A DNA stretch of 63,471 bases, the filler included, from Octopus bimaculoides (Eukaryota), in NCBI RefSeq assembly GCF_001194135.2. It is 6 parts of 5 records of this genome, joined end to end, with 100 filler letters (N's around TTAATTAATTAA, not from the genome) between each part and the next. Parts side by side here need not be neighbours in the genome. Positions count along the whole stretch, not along the records: positions 1 to 9,083 come from NC_068990.1; positions 9,184 to 20,111 come from NC_068983.1; 4 more parts are not named here. One strand, written 5' to 3'. The translations under genes and the position numbers were made by a program. Positions 1 through 13,505 of the stretch are shown one piece after another. Each line of letters begins with the position of its first letter. Within the stretch, counting starts at the first letter, position 1. The notes below the pieces were generated by a model. That model was not told where the DNA came from. It made no database searches and was given only the letters and a program-made list of their open reading frames with translations.

Positions 1-8
1 TATATATA

Positions 9-215
9 TTCTTTTACTCTTTTGTTTCAGTCATTTGACTGCAGCCATGGTGGAACACCGCCTTTAGTTGGTAGAAATCCACCCCAGGAATTATTCTTTG
101 TAAGCCTAGTCTATCGTTTCTTTTGCCGAACCATTAGGCTACGGATACGTAAACACACCAACATCGGTTGTCAAGCGATGGTGGGGAGACAGAGACACAC
201 GCACATATACATATA
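9..215 (-). mobile_element. SINE family A, 3' half
   Basis: Reverse complement of the 3' half and tail. Other half copies: about 14330-14590, 20570-20760, 25685-25857, 30120-30360, 40430-40560, 42560-42700, 50090-50330. Confidence 0.75.
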
Positions 216-242
216 CATATACGTGGCATTTATATGTAATTT

Positions 243-324
243 TGCCCTGACGAGGGGGTCATCACCAGTTTGCACTCTATTGTGTTTGGAATACAATGGT
301 GTACCCCCGAAATGGCCATAGGTG
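243..324 (+). ncRNA. Minimal type I hammerhead ribozyme motif, intact core
   Basis: CTGACGA (247-253), stem II GGGGG/CCCCC, GAAA (309-312), palindromic stem III ATGGCCAT, AUA triplet, short stem I TGCC/GGTG. Confidence 0.75.
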
Positions 325-1148
325 TTGTACGTGGTTTTGGGGAAATTGATTTTACCGATTGATACCTGCTATGTGCTGTATTTGTATTTTGACCCATGTG
401 TTGTGAACTTTTGGACATGTTGAGCGGAATTAAATTTTACATGTTTTACTTGATGATACCTGTTGGATGCCTGTTATTTACTCTTGTATATGCCTAATTG
501 GTGCGGACTTGCTTATTGGTGTCTACTGGTTTTGAGTTGTAACATGTGCCCGAGGGAGATGGAGAACTTTGTGTTTTTCTCTAAACGGTGTTAAATCATT
601 TCTGTCCTTGATTTTTAACCGATGGACTACTTTATGGTACCTCATTTCTTTATTTTATTTTACTTTATCTTTTATATCGACCTATATTATATTATATACT
701 TGAAATTTTTAATCGTATTAGTTTTAACTTCTATGAAATGATATATATGTGTATTGTGTTATACCTTTAACTCAATTTTTTTCCTTTGTATGTTATCGGT
801 TGGTATAATATATTCATGTATAAAATTTTATACTATATGTTCTATTTCTTGCTTCTTTTATATATTTCTTATTCTTTTATTTATTATTTCTTCTTACGTT
901 ATATCTTCNNNNNNNNNNCTTCTTATTCCTTATGTTTGACGGATTATATTGTATATCTTATATATGTTCATTGACGGGGTGTGATATGTCGTCAACCCAG
1001 CGTTTTTATTCTATAACTAATATTTTACTCTTGTCTTAATTTTTCTGAGCACTTCTCCTTGCAGCCCTGTATAAAATCTATTGGTTTCATAAGAAACCAT
1101 TAATATTACACACACCCACACACCCACACACACACACACGCACACACA

Positions 1149-1182
<34 letters not shown>

Positions 1183-1184
1183 TA

Positions 1185-1215
<31 letters not shown>

Positions 1216-2989
1216 GTGTGTTTGTATTTTTCCCTCGTTAACAATTAACACGGGAAAAATAGATAAATAGTTACCAGNNNNNNNNNNTTCCGATTAGATT
1301 TAATTTGCATCCCATAAGGAATAATTAACCAAATGGTTTTACTATTAGTTACCTTATTTTAACCAAATAGTTTTACTATTAGATACCTTATTTTTAGTGT
1401 AACTATCTTTGAAAGACATAGATTTAACTTTAGAACGAAAATAGGGGTTTAAATAAGGGTTATCTCCCTTCCTCTGTTTGCTGTTGGCGTATAAATTAAA
1501 ATTGATATCGTTTACATCTTCACAACTATGCATATATAAAAAATGTATTTATCTATAGATATATATTTCCTACACGCTTTGCTTCTTATAGTATTCTATA
1601 AAATGCACATCACTCTCATTCTCAACTCCATACCCTTACTACTAATGTCCATTCGTCGAAAAGTATCTCTGTGTGTTCATATTTTAAACCACAATGAATA
1701 CCACCAGTCCTTTCTACTCAACCTTTGCTCCCTCAGGAAGCATTCATAAAAAATCTAGAACCCCTCTATGTTAGATTTCCTCTGTTATGGATAAAGGGAC
1801 AGACAATATTCTAAGGACAAAATAACCTATATTTTACGAAAGCGTTAATTCCCAGTCACTGCACATATATGAAACACACACACACATTCACACGCACAAG
1901 AAATAAAATATAAAATCTGCATTTCTCGACATCTACTATGTTTGAAGAATAAAGTGTTAAAAACACGTAAACACACAACTACTACTAAATCTCACATTTC
2001 CAAACGATTATTTTCACATTTAAAACCAGCAAGCAAAACAATGCGTTAACTGGCAAATATTCACTTATTAACACACTACATTTACGTGATGTTAGACACG
2101 CTCATTCCTCTTAATTTCTCGTCGACTGATGTTGCAAATGCTTGCTTACATATTCTCTTGTAGGCTGTCTTGGCCATCTGACATAAATGAAATTACCAAC
2201 TCTCTGAAAAAGACAAATATATCTCTTACAGCCTACAGCTGTTGACTCTGTAAAAATTTCAAGTAAAACATACACTGCACAATGGTGATCATGCATAGAC
2301 TGTTGTTGTTGATCCACTCACAAACATCCAAAACCGTATCTAAAATAAATACATTCAACAGACTGGAAAAATTCAATCACCATCAATAATTGGCTTCTAA
2401 GTGCACTGCTTTATCTTTCTTTGCTTCTTGTGTGATTTATATATAGGATGACCTCTATTCCTTCTCTCTTTACTTCTGCGTACGCTTTTGACTGAAACAA
2501 AATTGATGCCTGAACGAGTTCGGAGATCGATAGTAGAAGCCGATCTACTTTGAGACGTAATTTGAGGCGGAGTTAATGAAAAAAATCCTTCTGTTTTCCT
2601 TTTGTCTCACTGTTTTCACTGTTAGATCCCAAACTAAACGCGTTTCCCTATACTTTATTTCCAATGCTAATTTATCAGTCTAGATTATTGCCCTTTCAGC
2701 AAGATTTTCATGTGATCAGAGACCTAGGAAAGATAAACAAATATAAAACAAATTTGTTTGATTTGTATATCACGTCGCCCTCTTTAATGCCTCCACATCG
2801 GCCGTAAATAACTTTATCGGGGTTTGCCGACTTGTAACAATTCTAGTGCAAGGCTTTCGATAGAGATTTATAGTAACCCTACGGCACATGTCAAACATTA
2901 ATAGTAAAATCACTGAATATTCCTTTCATCATTAGCCTAACTAGCTGTTACCGGGAGGCATATCACACAACCTATTCCCCTAAGAAATA

Positions 2990-3400
2990 ATAACATCTTT
3001 ATGTCTCACCCTTACTGGTCTGCTATTAATTTTGTACTGTGGGGTGACCATAGTTGGGAGCAGTAGTCCAGACGGTTGAGTACGAATGTCTTCCAGAGGA
3101 CCCTCATGGTTTCCTTCTCTGTGGCTTTGAAGGTTCTCAGGATCCATCCATCCACCCATCCATCCATCCATCCAGCCAGCCAGCCAGCCAGCCAGCCGTC
3201 TACACTTTGTTACCATCTTGGTAATGTGCACTTGGAACGAGGTATCAACACTCAAGTCGAGACCCAGGTCACGCATTGATTTAGGTTCTGGGATTGTAAT
3301 CCCTCCTGGGCCAGTGTACCCTGTAAGTTTTTTGTCCAGTTTTGGATGCTCGTAGCGCAAGGTTTGGAATTTCACTGCATTAGACTTCATATTATTCTTC
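2990..3400 (-). mobile_element. CR1/Jockey-group LINE fragment, RT C-terminal region
   Basis: Translates to [21 protein letters not shown]...WILRTFK...[20 protein letters not shown]. Confidence 0.75.
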
Positions 3401-4174
3401 TCAGCCCATCTGTAAATTGCATCTAACTTATTACTTAATAAGTATTATTTTACATTCGTTCTATATTTATATGTGTCGAAGATAAGTTTTCTTTTTTTCG
3501 CTGCCTACCTTCACAATAGAAACCATAGAAGACCACTTTTGTTTTATTCCCCGCATACCTCCAGGATAGAAACCGTAACATAGATTTCACTGCAACATTT
3601 TTCTTTTGTTTCACGTATTCCACATCAGAATTGATCAGGTCAGCTGTCATTTTCCTATCTCTCTTCAACATATTTTTGAAAATACACATTTTCCCTAAAC
3701 ATAGGAACAAACAAATTCGGTGGGCACTCTTCTGTAGGTATGCCATATGTTTAATATAACGACACATGTGCGTCGTTGTGTGTATCTGTGTGTGTGTGTA
3801 TGTGTGTGTGTGTGTGTGTATGTGTGTGTGTGTGTATGTGTGTGTGTGTATGTGTATGTGTAAGTGTAATTATCTCTATTACTTTATATTGCTATAAAAA
3901 AAGAGGAGCTGACGAGGGTGATCCAAGTATAAAATTATTTCACTTGACAATCGAAAGAGTTTACTCTGTGCATCCAAGTCACTACGAATGTTTCTCTTTG
4001 AGGCTGCTTCATGAAATAAGAGGACCGACTTCCTTCTCCTTCCTAAGAACGACTGATGGTCAAAATATTCTTACAAATAGAGAAACCTACTTAGGCTTAA
4101 ATTTGTTACAAGATGACAATCAGGGGGATACAACAATGAAGGTGACTCGAATCCATAAAACATCTGCACTTTAG

Positions 4175-4383
4175 TCAGCTCGGTTGAGGAACTTATTGGA
4201 AAAGATTTTTCCACGTATAAATTGAAATTACACAAATGCTGTTTGGTTGTGCGAAAGAGAAATCATGGCACTGAAGAACGTTACTGGGAAGAATTTAAAT
4301 GAAAGCCTCGAGAAACTTTTACCAGGAAACGAACATGCATACAAATCTATAGACCCTGTTGTGGATGCCTCGGAAATAGTATA
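4175..4383 (+). mobile_element. Helitron PIF1-like helicase fragment
   Basis: SVEELI..FP...NY.N..WLCER.IMA.KNV...LNE..EKLLPG.E..YKSID, with stops. Confidence 0.65.
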
Positions 4384-4390
4384 AGTAATT

Positions 4391-4611
4391 CATCCATCCC
4401 TCCCTCCATCTATCAATCCATCCATCCATCCATCCATCCATCCATCCATCTGTCTATCCCTCCATCCATTCGTCCATCCATCCATTCATCCATCAATCCA
4501 TTCATCCATCCATCTAAATCCATCCATCCAAATCCATCCATCCATCCAAATCCATCCATCCATTCATCCACCCGTCCGCCCGTCCGTCCGTCCGTCCGTC
4601 CGTCTGCCGTG

Positions 4612-4644
<33 letters not shown>

Positions 4645-4649
4645 GCCTG

Positions 4650-4684
<35 letters not shown>

Positions 4685-4725
4685 GCCTGCCTGTCTGTCT
4701 GTCTGTCTGTCTTTCTGTCTCTCTG

Positions 4726-4779
<54 letters not shown>

Positions 4780-4780
4780 C
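4391..4780 (+). repeat. Compound tetranucleotide microsatellite (CCAT)n(CCGT)n(CTGT)n(CTAT)n
   Basis: Read directly. Confidence 0.92.
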
Positions 4781-7173
4781 ATCACTTGATCGATCTGTTT
4801 CAATGCATAACTTATGTTTGCTAGTCTTTTATGTTCGTAATTGTATTTATATATGCGTATGCACACGTGCGTTTAAGAGAACAATATTTGGTATTATTAA
4901 AATCCACATACATTTAAAAGGAAATATTTCAGGAGAAAATCAAAAGATTTCAGATTTTTAAATCAAATTCAAAAATCTAAGTAAATGAAAAATATTTTCC
5001 GTTTCCTATATCCATATCTTAATATTATGATCTTGATAACAGCTATTCTTTTCCCCTATTGATTTTGTTTGTTTTCAATTATGTATAACGATTAACAAAT
5101 GAATCCGGAAGCGGCTGCCTTAGCTTGTGTGTGTCTGTCCATCTGGATGTCTGTCTCGATTTCTCATTCATTAAATAAATTAATTCATCAATGTTGTGTA
5201 CACTTCAGATCCAAATGTCTAGACCGTTGTAAACTGTTTAATTTCTGATTTAATATTTTTGTTTTCGGTAAGTTCAGTTTACTAAATCATAGAATATGAA
5301 ATACCATGGAATGCCATTGGCATAGTGTGGTTAATGTCACAGGATGTTCAACGATCTATAGTACTATTGTATTATCATTTAATTAAAAGGTACGAAATTT
5401 CCAAAAATATGCTATTAAATAACTCCGAGCTACCATCTTCAGTCAAGCACCCAAATACCAATGTAAATCAGACGAAGGGCCCCTACTTCCAGAGATTGCG
5501 TGTGCCTCCTGGGCTGCCATATTTTGATGCCAGGGCCACTGTCATAATACACAGAGTGACCATTAAAGGGAGAACCAAGCATTGAGATGACTTATTCCGG
5601 TCCCTCCTTGAGGAAATCCCTGATACTCAACAGAGTCTAACGCGGTGTACACCTTGACCATCTGCTCTATTAAAAGTATGATGTTCTCGAGGGTTTACGA
5701 TGTGCATATACAAAATTTCCTATACTCATATGTATGTGGAAAATGCTAATCTACTAATCTAAGGAAGGAGTTACCTATACACACTTTACTAAAAAGTGTG
5801 TAGGGGAATACAAGGTAAGCTTGGTATAGATAAGATGAAATCGTGTTCAGATGCATGAAAGCAAAATACAGAGTACGCAATTAACAAAATCAAAAGGAGC
5901 CATGTAATATTCTTCTCTGGACAGTTCTTTCTGGAGAACCATAGCATATGGCCTAACTACCTTCATACATTAATCGATGGACAATATATCATAGGTGCCT
6001 ATGGCACATTCCAATCAATTTGTAGTCCATGTAAATATATACATGAGGCGTATTTTTGTTTATTAGCATTTCTACCTCTTTCTTTCTGTCTCTCTCTATC
6101 ACTGTCTCTATGTATCTGTCTGTCTATCTGTCTATTTGTCTGTCTCTTCCGATATATTCATATGTGTATGTGTGTATGTATGCGCGCGCGTGTTTGTTTG
6201 TGAAAGCGCATGGACTATTTGCTAGAGTGTCGCATTAAAAATCGCAAGACCGCAGTTTCGAGTACCGAACCGGGAATATATATGTATATATAAAAATATA
6301 TAAATATACATACATACGTACATACATGCATACATATATATATATATATATACATACATACATATACATATATGTGTATGTGTGTGTAATTGGATCTAAT
6401 CTATTGAGAAAAGGGTAAGATAATGTGAAATATAGGAAGTAATGTATAAGATACATAAAATACGCATGTGTAGCATTTAAAACATCATTTTGTCGAAAAG
6501 AAGGAAATATATTGCATTGACTTTAATAGTTGTTGACCAGTTCATAAAACACTTATGCCAACTATGATGATTTAAAATGAAAACCAGTCTTCCTGTGAGA
6601 TACCATATAACTAATATAGTATGTAAGCTATTACTTGTCCTGTATATTTTCTCAAATTTAGCACAAGTCACGAATTTCTATCTCGTTTACTTTTATTGCA
6701 TCGGTATTTGAATAGCGAAATATCAATGTAACATAATGCTTTCTTTGTTTGAAATTTCCGTAACTAAAGGCAAAGCATGATACGAATTACCATCTTGCAG
6801 AGTACTTTAGTGCTATTGAATTGTCATCTAAGTAAAGGTTATTCTTTTATATATATATATAGTATATATTTTAATTGCAATCTATTTATTTGGATTGGTC
6901 TCTTATATTAATGGATAAATTTATTTTAATTAAATAATGAGACCAACTACGTGTCCTTAATGACGTTATCAATCAATTCCATAATCTTATTCTCATTCGA
7001 TTAAAAAGAAATTAATAACAATTATTCTTAAGATTTTTACATTATAAAAATTCAGAGGAATATTTTAAAGCAAACTTGAGGTTTGACTCTACTGAAATGT
7101 GTTTTTGTTTCCAAATTTCAATTTAGTCCTTACAGAAAAGAAATAAAATCTTATTTTGAAACTTTGCACATGT

Positions 7174-7377
7174 AGGCGTAGGAGTGGCTGTGTGGGAAGT
7201 AGCTTGCTTACAGGTGTAGGAGTAACTGTGTGGTAAGTAGCTTCCTTACGAACCACATGGTTCCGGGTTCAGTCCCACTGCGTGGTACCTTGGGCAAGTG
7301 TCTTCTACTATAGCCTCAGGCCGACCAAAGCCTTGTGAGTGGATTTGGTAGACGGAAACTGAGAGAAGCCCGTGGTA

Positions 7378-7436
<59 letters not shown>

Positions 7437-7650
7437 ATATGTTTGTGTGTCTGTGTTTGTCCCCCTCCCCAACATCACTTGACAACCGATGCTGGTGTGT
7501 TTACGTCCCCGTAATTTAGCGGTTCGGCAAAAGAGACCGATAGAATTAGTACTAGGCTTACAAAGAATAAGTCCTGGGGTCGATTTGCTCGACTAAAGGT
7601 GGTGCTCCAGCATGGCCACAGTCAAATGACTGAAACAAGTAAAAGAGAAA
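7174..7650 (+). mobile_element. tRNA-derived SINE family A, full length, duplicated head
   Basis: A box TGGCTGTGTGG, B box GGGTTCAGTCCC, CCTTGGGCAAGTG core, internal (TA)n, tail GTCAAATGACTGAAACAAGTAAAAGAG. Confidence 0.85.
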
Positions 7651-9037
7651 ATGTGCGTGTATGTAGGAATGCGTGTGAGACTGGTGTTACCATCGGTTAT
7701 AGGGGCACCTAAAATCTTGAACAGTACGGGTTTGAAGAACGAAAGCGTGGGACAGACTCAGCACAAAATATGCTCAAGTTATTCAGCAATGCAAGACGCA
7801 AGTGTTTTACTTAGCTCTCATTCGTCGAAGCGACGAGAGAGTTCACACAGAGTTGCGAGTATGAGAGCTTGCGACGCTGAAGCACACCGACTCTAGTTAT
7901 TTAATATATATGTAGAATATTTTAAATTAGAATATTACGGCCAGGTGGCAGCATCATTAGTACGACGCTCAAAGTGTTGTTTAGCGACAATTCGTCTATG
8001 TTTACTTCTTGAGTCCAAATTTCACCGAGATTGACCTCGCCTTTTATAATTTTGAGTATCAATCAAGCACTGGGTCTCTGTAATCGGGTAGACGCATTTC
8101 CCCTAATTCCAGGCCTTTTGAAATAATAGAAAGGAATATCTTAAATTAGAATTCAGGTAGAAATATATTCAATTGCTTTCTTTGTTTTTTAAATTCAAAT
8201 TTGAATTCAGTCTTTGCACATTAGAAACAATGCGCTATTTTGAATCACCCTCTCTCTCTCCTTTTCATTCTCTCCCTCCCTGTATCAACTCATCTGACGT
8301 GAGCGTATGGATTTAGAGTTCTGAGGCACATGAATCACACAAGTCCATGAAAAATTTAAAGTAAAATAAAAAACATTATCTACAATAATAAAATATAACA
8401 AATAATATTAAGTTAACTGCAGGTAAAAATTTGAACTAACCAGAATATTTAACCTTTTCATTTCATATCACAAAAATTGTACACGGACGACTGCACTCTA
8501 AGGTAGTTCTAGCTGTGATAGCTAACACAAGCAAAAGAATTTAAAAGAAAAGAATGTAAAGAATTGCACAAAAAGAACCACAAAAAAAAAATAAGGCAAA
8601 AGAAGAAAACATACGGAAGAAAGTTTCACTAAATAACTTTAAAAAAAGCAGAAAAGCAAGTATTTCTTCCGTTTTATGTCTTTTCTGCATTTAATTATTT
8701 CATTATCGGTAAATTATATCCTTGAGCCATATTCCCCCCAAAAAGAAATCTTATAGTCACGGTTAAACAGTAAAACTGCAACGAGATGCGATCAATAAAA
8801 GGAACAGTTAATGAGGCAATGCTATTGAGAAAATGTTCTTAGTGCTTCGAAACCCTGTAATTGCAGAAGCTCCTGCATGTTCAATCACAATATGGCGGTA
8901 TCACAGCTAATATTTAGTGTTAATCAATATAATAATACATCTCTTGTCAAGATAATCTGACCGAGGTTTTAGGTAGCATTAGTGTGGGTGTACTTGAGTT
9001 AATTCAGCTCATACACACTTATACGCAAATATATACA

Positions 9038-9083
<46 letters not shown>

Positions 9084-9183
9084 NNNNNNNNNNNNNNNNN
9101 NNNNNNNNNNNNNNNNNNNNNNNNNNNTTAATTAATTAANNNNNNNNNNNNNNNNNNNNNNNNNNNNNNNNNNNNNNNNNNNN
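9084..9183. other. Artificial 100-bp assembly spacer N44-TTAATTAATTAA-N44
   Basis: Identical spacers at 20112-20211, 42703-42802, 57994-58093 and 60852-60951. Confidence 0.95.
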
Positions 9184-9274
9184 ATCAATGTATATACATG
9201 TATATATGTATGTGTATATATATAGTAAAATCGAAAAAGAAGAGTACAGTGAACTTGCCGAAGAGAGTGGAAAC

Positions 9275-9307
9275 TCCGACGTTTCGGACAAAGTCCTTCT
9301 CCAAGGA
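9275..9307 (-). pseudogene. Decayed minimal hammerhead motif
   Basis: Minus strand TCC-TTGGAGA-A-GGA(CTTTG)TCC-GAAA-CG-TC-GGA; all three stems present, two core substitutions. Confidence 0.45.
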
Positions 9308-9368
9308 AAAGTCGATAGGAAATGAAATTGAACAGAGGGAGCAGAGTTTATACATTCTCTGGATGTAT

Positions 9369-9411
<43 letters not shown>

Positions 9412-10022
9412 TGCACACATGTGGAGACGTTGCAGAATCGGATAAAATTTTTCGATAATCATTTGACCTTCTATACTCCGAGTTTAAGCCTCTTTAAAGT
9501 AACCTTCGCCTTCCATCCTTTCGTTGTCGATAAATGAAGCACCGTTTTATTTTCAGGAATCGTGTCCTCTGTTTCTTTTGTTTTCTCATTCAGTCCTTCT
9601 CTCTTAAGGAAGAAATCGGTTATAGCGAGATGTGGGCATGAGTGGGTTTCTTAGGTCTTGAAAGTACTCAAGACACCCGTACATCACAACACACTTATGG
9701 CTCCACCAAATAATTGAAGGTACATAGCATATATGTGTGTGTGCGTGCGTGTGTGTGCACGTGCGCGCGCGCTCACATAAATACATACATACATACATAC
9801 ATACATACATGCATACATACATACATACATACATATATATATATACATACGCACACACACGTGCGCATGCACACACACGTGCGCACGCACACACGTGCGC
9901 ACGCACACACGCGCACAATATATGTTTTTATGTGTACTATATGCATTTTAAACTAAAATCTTTAAAATTTAGTAACGGGAAAGTCGAAATATATGGCCCT
10001 GCCGAAAACAATATTCAACCAA

Positions 10023-10082
<60 letters not shown>

Positions 10083-11089
10083 CTGTGTAGATCACACATA
10101 TGTATGTATGTCTGTATGTAGCTAGCCTTGTTGAAAACGAAAAGCTTTTGAAATTGTAACATTTATTAGAGTCACTGAAAATAAATGAGATCCAATTTGT
10201 TTGAAATCGACAGCCTTCAGTTGTTAGAACAGTATGTCGTCTCTTTGGGTTTACAACTCTATAAATTCTGAAAAAAAAAAAGAAAAAGAAAAAGAAAATA
10301 GATTGAGGAAGAGTTAGAGAGAGTGGGAGGGAACGAGAAAGATATAGAGATAGATAGATAGAGTGAGAGAGGGAGAGAGAGAGGAATTCTAAGCGAGCGA
10401 ATATTCCTATGAAAAATAACTGTTTAAAGCAAACAGGCATCACTACCACTATCACAACAACCGCCAAAAATAAATGAATAAAAAAGATATAAAAAAAAAA
10501 GAAATCAGGAAAGTGGAATGGTGTAAATAATTGCGATACCTCGTCATATAGGATTAATTATTGATACTAAAATACGGCTGACTATTAAACAAATAACGAT
10601 ATGCATACAAGAAAATATTTAAATTAGTGATTTAGTTTACAAACATTAAGTGAAAAAAAATATGGAAGGAAAAAAATTGTTCATTGATCAGAGGAGCAAA
10701 AATTATATTTTTCTCCGCCTATTGCACATCACTTATAACATATCATATCATAGATTTGGGTATCCAATTAGCAATCGTGGTGTTGGATCAGCGATCTATG
10801 TATGTGTATGCATGTTAGCATGTATGTGTGCGTGTATGTACATACACACATGCATACATAAATATATATATGTACACACACTTGCGCATACACACACGCA
10901 TACACACACACACGCGCGCGCGGCGCACAGACACACACATCTCAAGTTTCGAAGAAGTGAGAGATTAGATATTACTTTATTCCGTATGTTGACAGCTGTT
11001 TCGTAATCCATATCCAGGTACATCACTGGCGCTGAAGCGTTCTACAAACATATAAAACATACGTTTAGATGCAATATATGGTTACCTTT

Positions 11090-11460
11090 TACCCTTTATC
11101 TGTTTCGGTCTTAGACTGTGGCAATGCTTGAAGAATTTTTAGTTGAACGATTCGACCCCAGTACTTTTTTAAAGCTGGGCATCTATTCTTTAGTGTCTTA
11201 TGTCGAACCGCTAAGTTACGGGGACGTAAACACAACACCAGTTGTCAAACGGTGGCGGAGACAAAGTCACAAAGACACACACGCACACACACACGACAGG
11301 CTTCTTTCAGTTTCTGTCTATTAAATCCCTTCACAAGGTTTTGGTCGGCCCGAGCCTATAGTAGAATAGTAGAAGACACTTGCCCATGGAGCCACGCCGT
11401 GGGGACTGAACCCGGAACCATGTGGTTAGGAACCAAACTTCTTATCACTCAGCCACGCAT
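11090..11460 (-). mobile_element. SINE family A, diverged copy
   Basis: Reverse complement of head, core and tail. Confidence 0.75.
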
Positions 11461-11496
11461 GCACTTATAAGATTTCTAATCATAGCATTCTATGGA

Positions 11497-11530
<34 letters not shown>

Positions 11531-12234
11531 CACAACGGCCAGAATTGATAAAATTCGAGATACAGTCCCATATACTATATATTTTCGGAAATCTAACGTG
11601 GAACCGATAAAGTGTATTCCTATATTTTAAATTCAAATTAATTCTAATGTATTTTCTGTGCATTTTCAGTTTTATTTCTTCTGTTCCTTCACTTTTGTTT
11701 TTGGACAATATATANNNNNNNNNNNNNNNNNNNNNNNNNNNNNNNNNNNNNNNNNNNNNNNNNNNNNNNNNNNNNNNNNNNNNNNNNNNNNNNNNNNNNN
11801 NNNNNNNNNNNNNNNNNNNNNNNNNNNNNNNNNNNNNNNNNNNNNNNNNNNNNNNNNNNNNNNNNNNNNNNNNNNNNNNNNNNNNNNNNNNNNNNNNNNN
11901 NNNNNNNNNNNNNNNNNNNNNNNNNNNNNNNNNNNNNNNNNNNNNNNNNNNNNNNNNNNNNNNNNNNNNNNNNNNNNNNNNNNNNNNNNNNNNNNNNNNN
12001 NNNNNNNNNNNNNNNNNNNNNNNNNNNNNNNNNNNNNNNNNNNNNNNNNNNNNNNNNNNNNNNNNNNNNNNNNNNNNNNNNNNNNNNNNNNNNNNNNNNN
12101 NNNNNNNNNNNNNNNNNNNNNNNNNNNNNNNNNNNNNNNNNNNNNNNNNNNNNNNNNNNNNNNNNNNNNNNNNNNNNNNNNNNNNNNNNNNNNNNNNNNN
12201 NNNNNNNNNNNNNNNNNNNNNNNNNNNNNNNNNN

Positions 12235-12266
<32 letters not shown>

Positions 12267-13466
12267 TTACTTGGAAAAGGATGCGTGGCGTTCGATCATA
12301 TAATAATATAAATAATATATAAATAGATGCATATATCCATACATATATGTACATACCTACATCTATATGTATACATACATGCATATATGGGTACAGGACA
12401 TAAACAAAAATGTAGACACAATGAGAAACGAAAAAACGAAATCAGAAAACGAACTTTTTTCGACCAACAATTAAACATTAATTATTTTTTTTTGTTTTAC
12501 TTCCAAGTAACTAAGCTTATAGAAATTTAATTATACGTTGATGTCTTTGGAGTAACTTTACCTTGTAAAACAGTTACATACGTTTGTATATCAAATTATT
12601 TTTCGGCACATTTGTTCATTCATTTACAATTTTACTTTCAGCCCAATAAGTGCTGGTTACTAAGTGATTGTCTTTATATATACTACCTGAAGAGAAACAC
12701 ATTTCTTGAAACAGAATGCATACTTATACATATAAACTTACACACACACACACACACACACACANNNNNNNNNNNNNNNNNNNNNNNNNNNNNNNNNNNN
12801 NNNNNNNNNNNNNNNNNNNNNNNNNNNNNNNNNNNNNNNNNNNNNNNNNNNNNNNNNNNNNNNNNNNNNNNNNNNNNNNNNNNNNNNNNNNNNNNNNNNN
12901 NNNNNNNNNNNNNNNNNNNNNNNNNNNNNNNNNNNNNNNNNNNNNNNNNNNNNNNNNNNNNNNNNNNNNNNNNNNNNNNNNNNNNNNNNNNNNNNNNNNN
13001 NNNNNNNNNNNNNNNNNNNNNNNNNNNNNNNNNNNNNNNNNNNNNNNNNNNNNNNNNNNNNNNNNNNNNNNNNNNNNNNNNNNNNNNNNNNNNNNNNNNN
13101 NNNNNNNNNNNNNNNNNNNNNNNNNNNNNNNNNNNNNNNNNNNNNNNNNNNNNNNNNNNNNNNNNNNNNNNNNNNNNNNNNNNNNNNNNNNNNNNNNNNN
13201 NNNNNNNNNNNNNNNNNNNNNNNNNNNNNNNNNNNNNNNNNNNNNNNNNNNNNNNNNNNNNNNNNNNNNNNNNNNNNNNNNNNNNNNNNNNNNNNNNNNN
13301 NNNNNNNNNNNNNNNNNNNNNNNNNNNNNNNNNNNNNNNNNNNNNNNNNNNNNNNNNNNNNNNNNNNNNNNNNNNNNNNNNNNNNNNNNNNNNNNNNNNN
13401 NNNNNNNNNNNNNNNNNNNNNNNNNNNNNNNNNNNNNNNNNNNNNNNNNNNNNNNNNNNNNNNNNN

Positions 13467-13505
<39 letters not shown>

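Noticed and set aside
1327-1394. 34-bp tandem duplication
   Set aside because: Two copies only, AT-rich; ordinary slippage
2630-2690. CTGATAA...GAAACGCGTT on minus strand
   Set aside because: G8 is missing and stems I and II are not supported
3908-3975. CTGACGA...CGAAA-GAGTTTACTC-TG hammerhead-like string
   Set aside because: Cleavage triplet would be CUG, and stems I and II pair poorly; at best a decayed relic
5773-5803. Hairpin TACACACTTT/AAAGTGTGTA as a Helitron 3' terminator
   Set aside because: No CTRR end nearby and no demonstrable link to the helicase fragment at 4175
7246-7485. Recurring ORFs ending ..[18 protein letters not shown] (also 28801, 38655, 40421)
   Set aside because: Antisense translations of SINE family A, not a protein family
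10975-11030. GAAACAGCTGTC on minus strand, hammerhead-like half
   Set aside because: Core reads GTGATGT and no stem I partner is present
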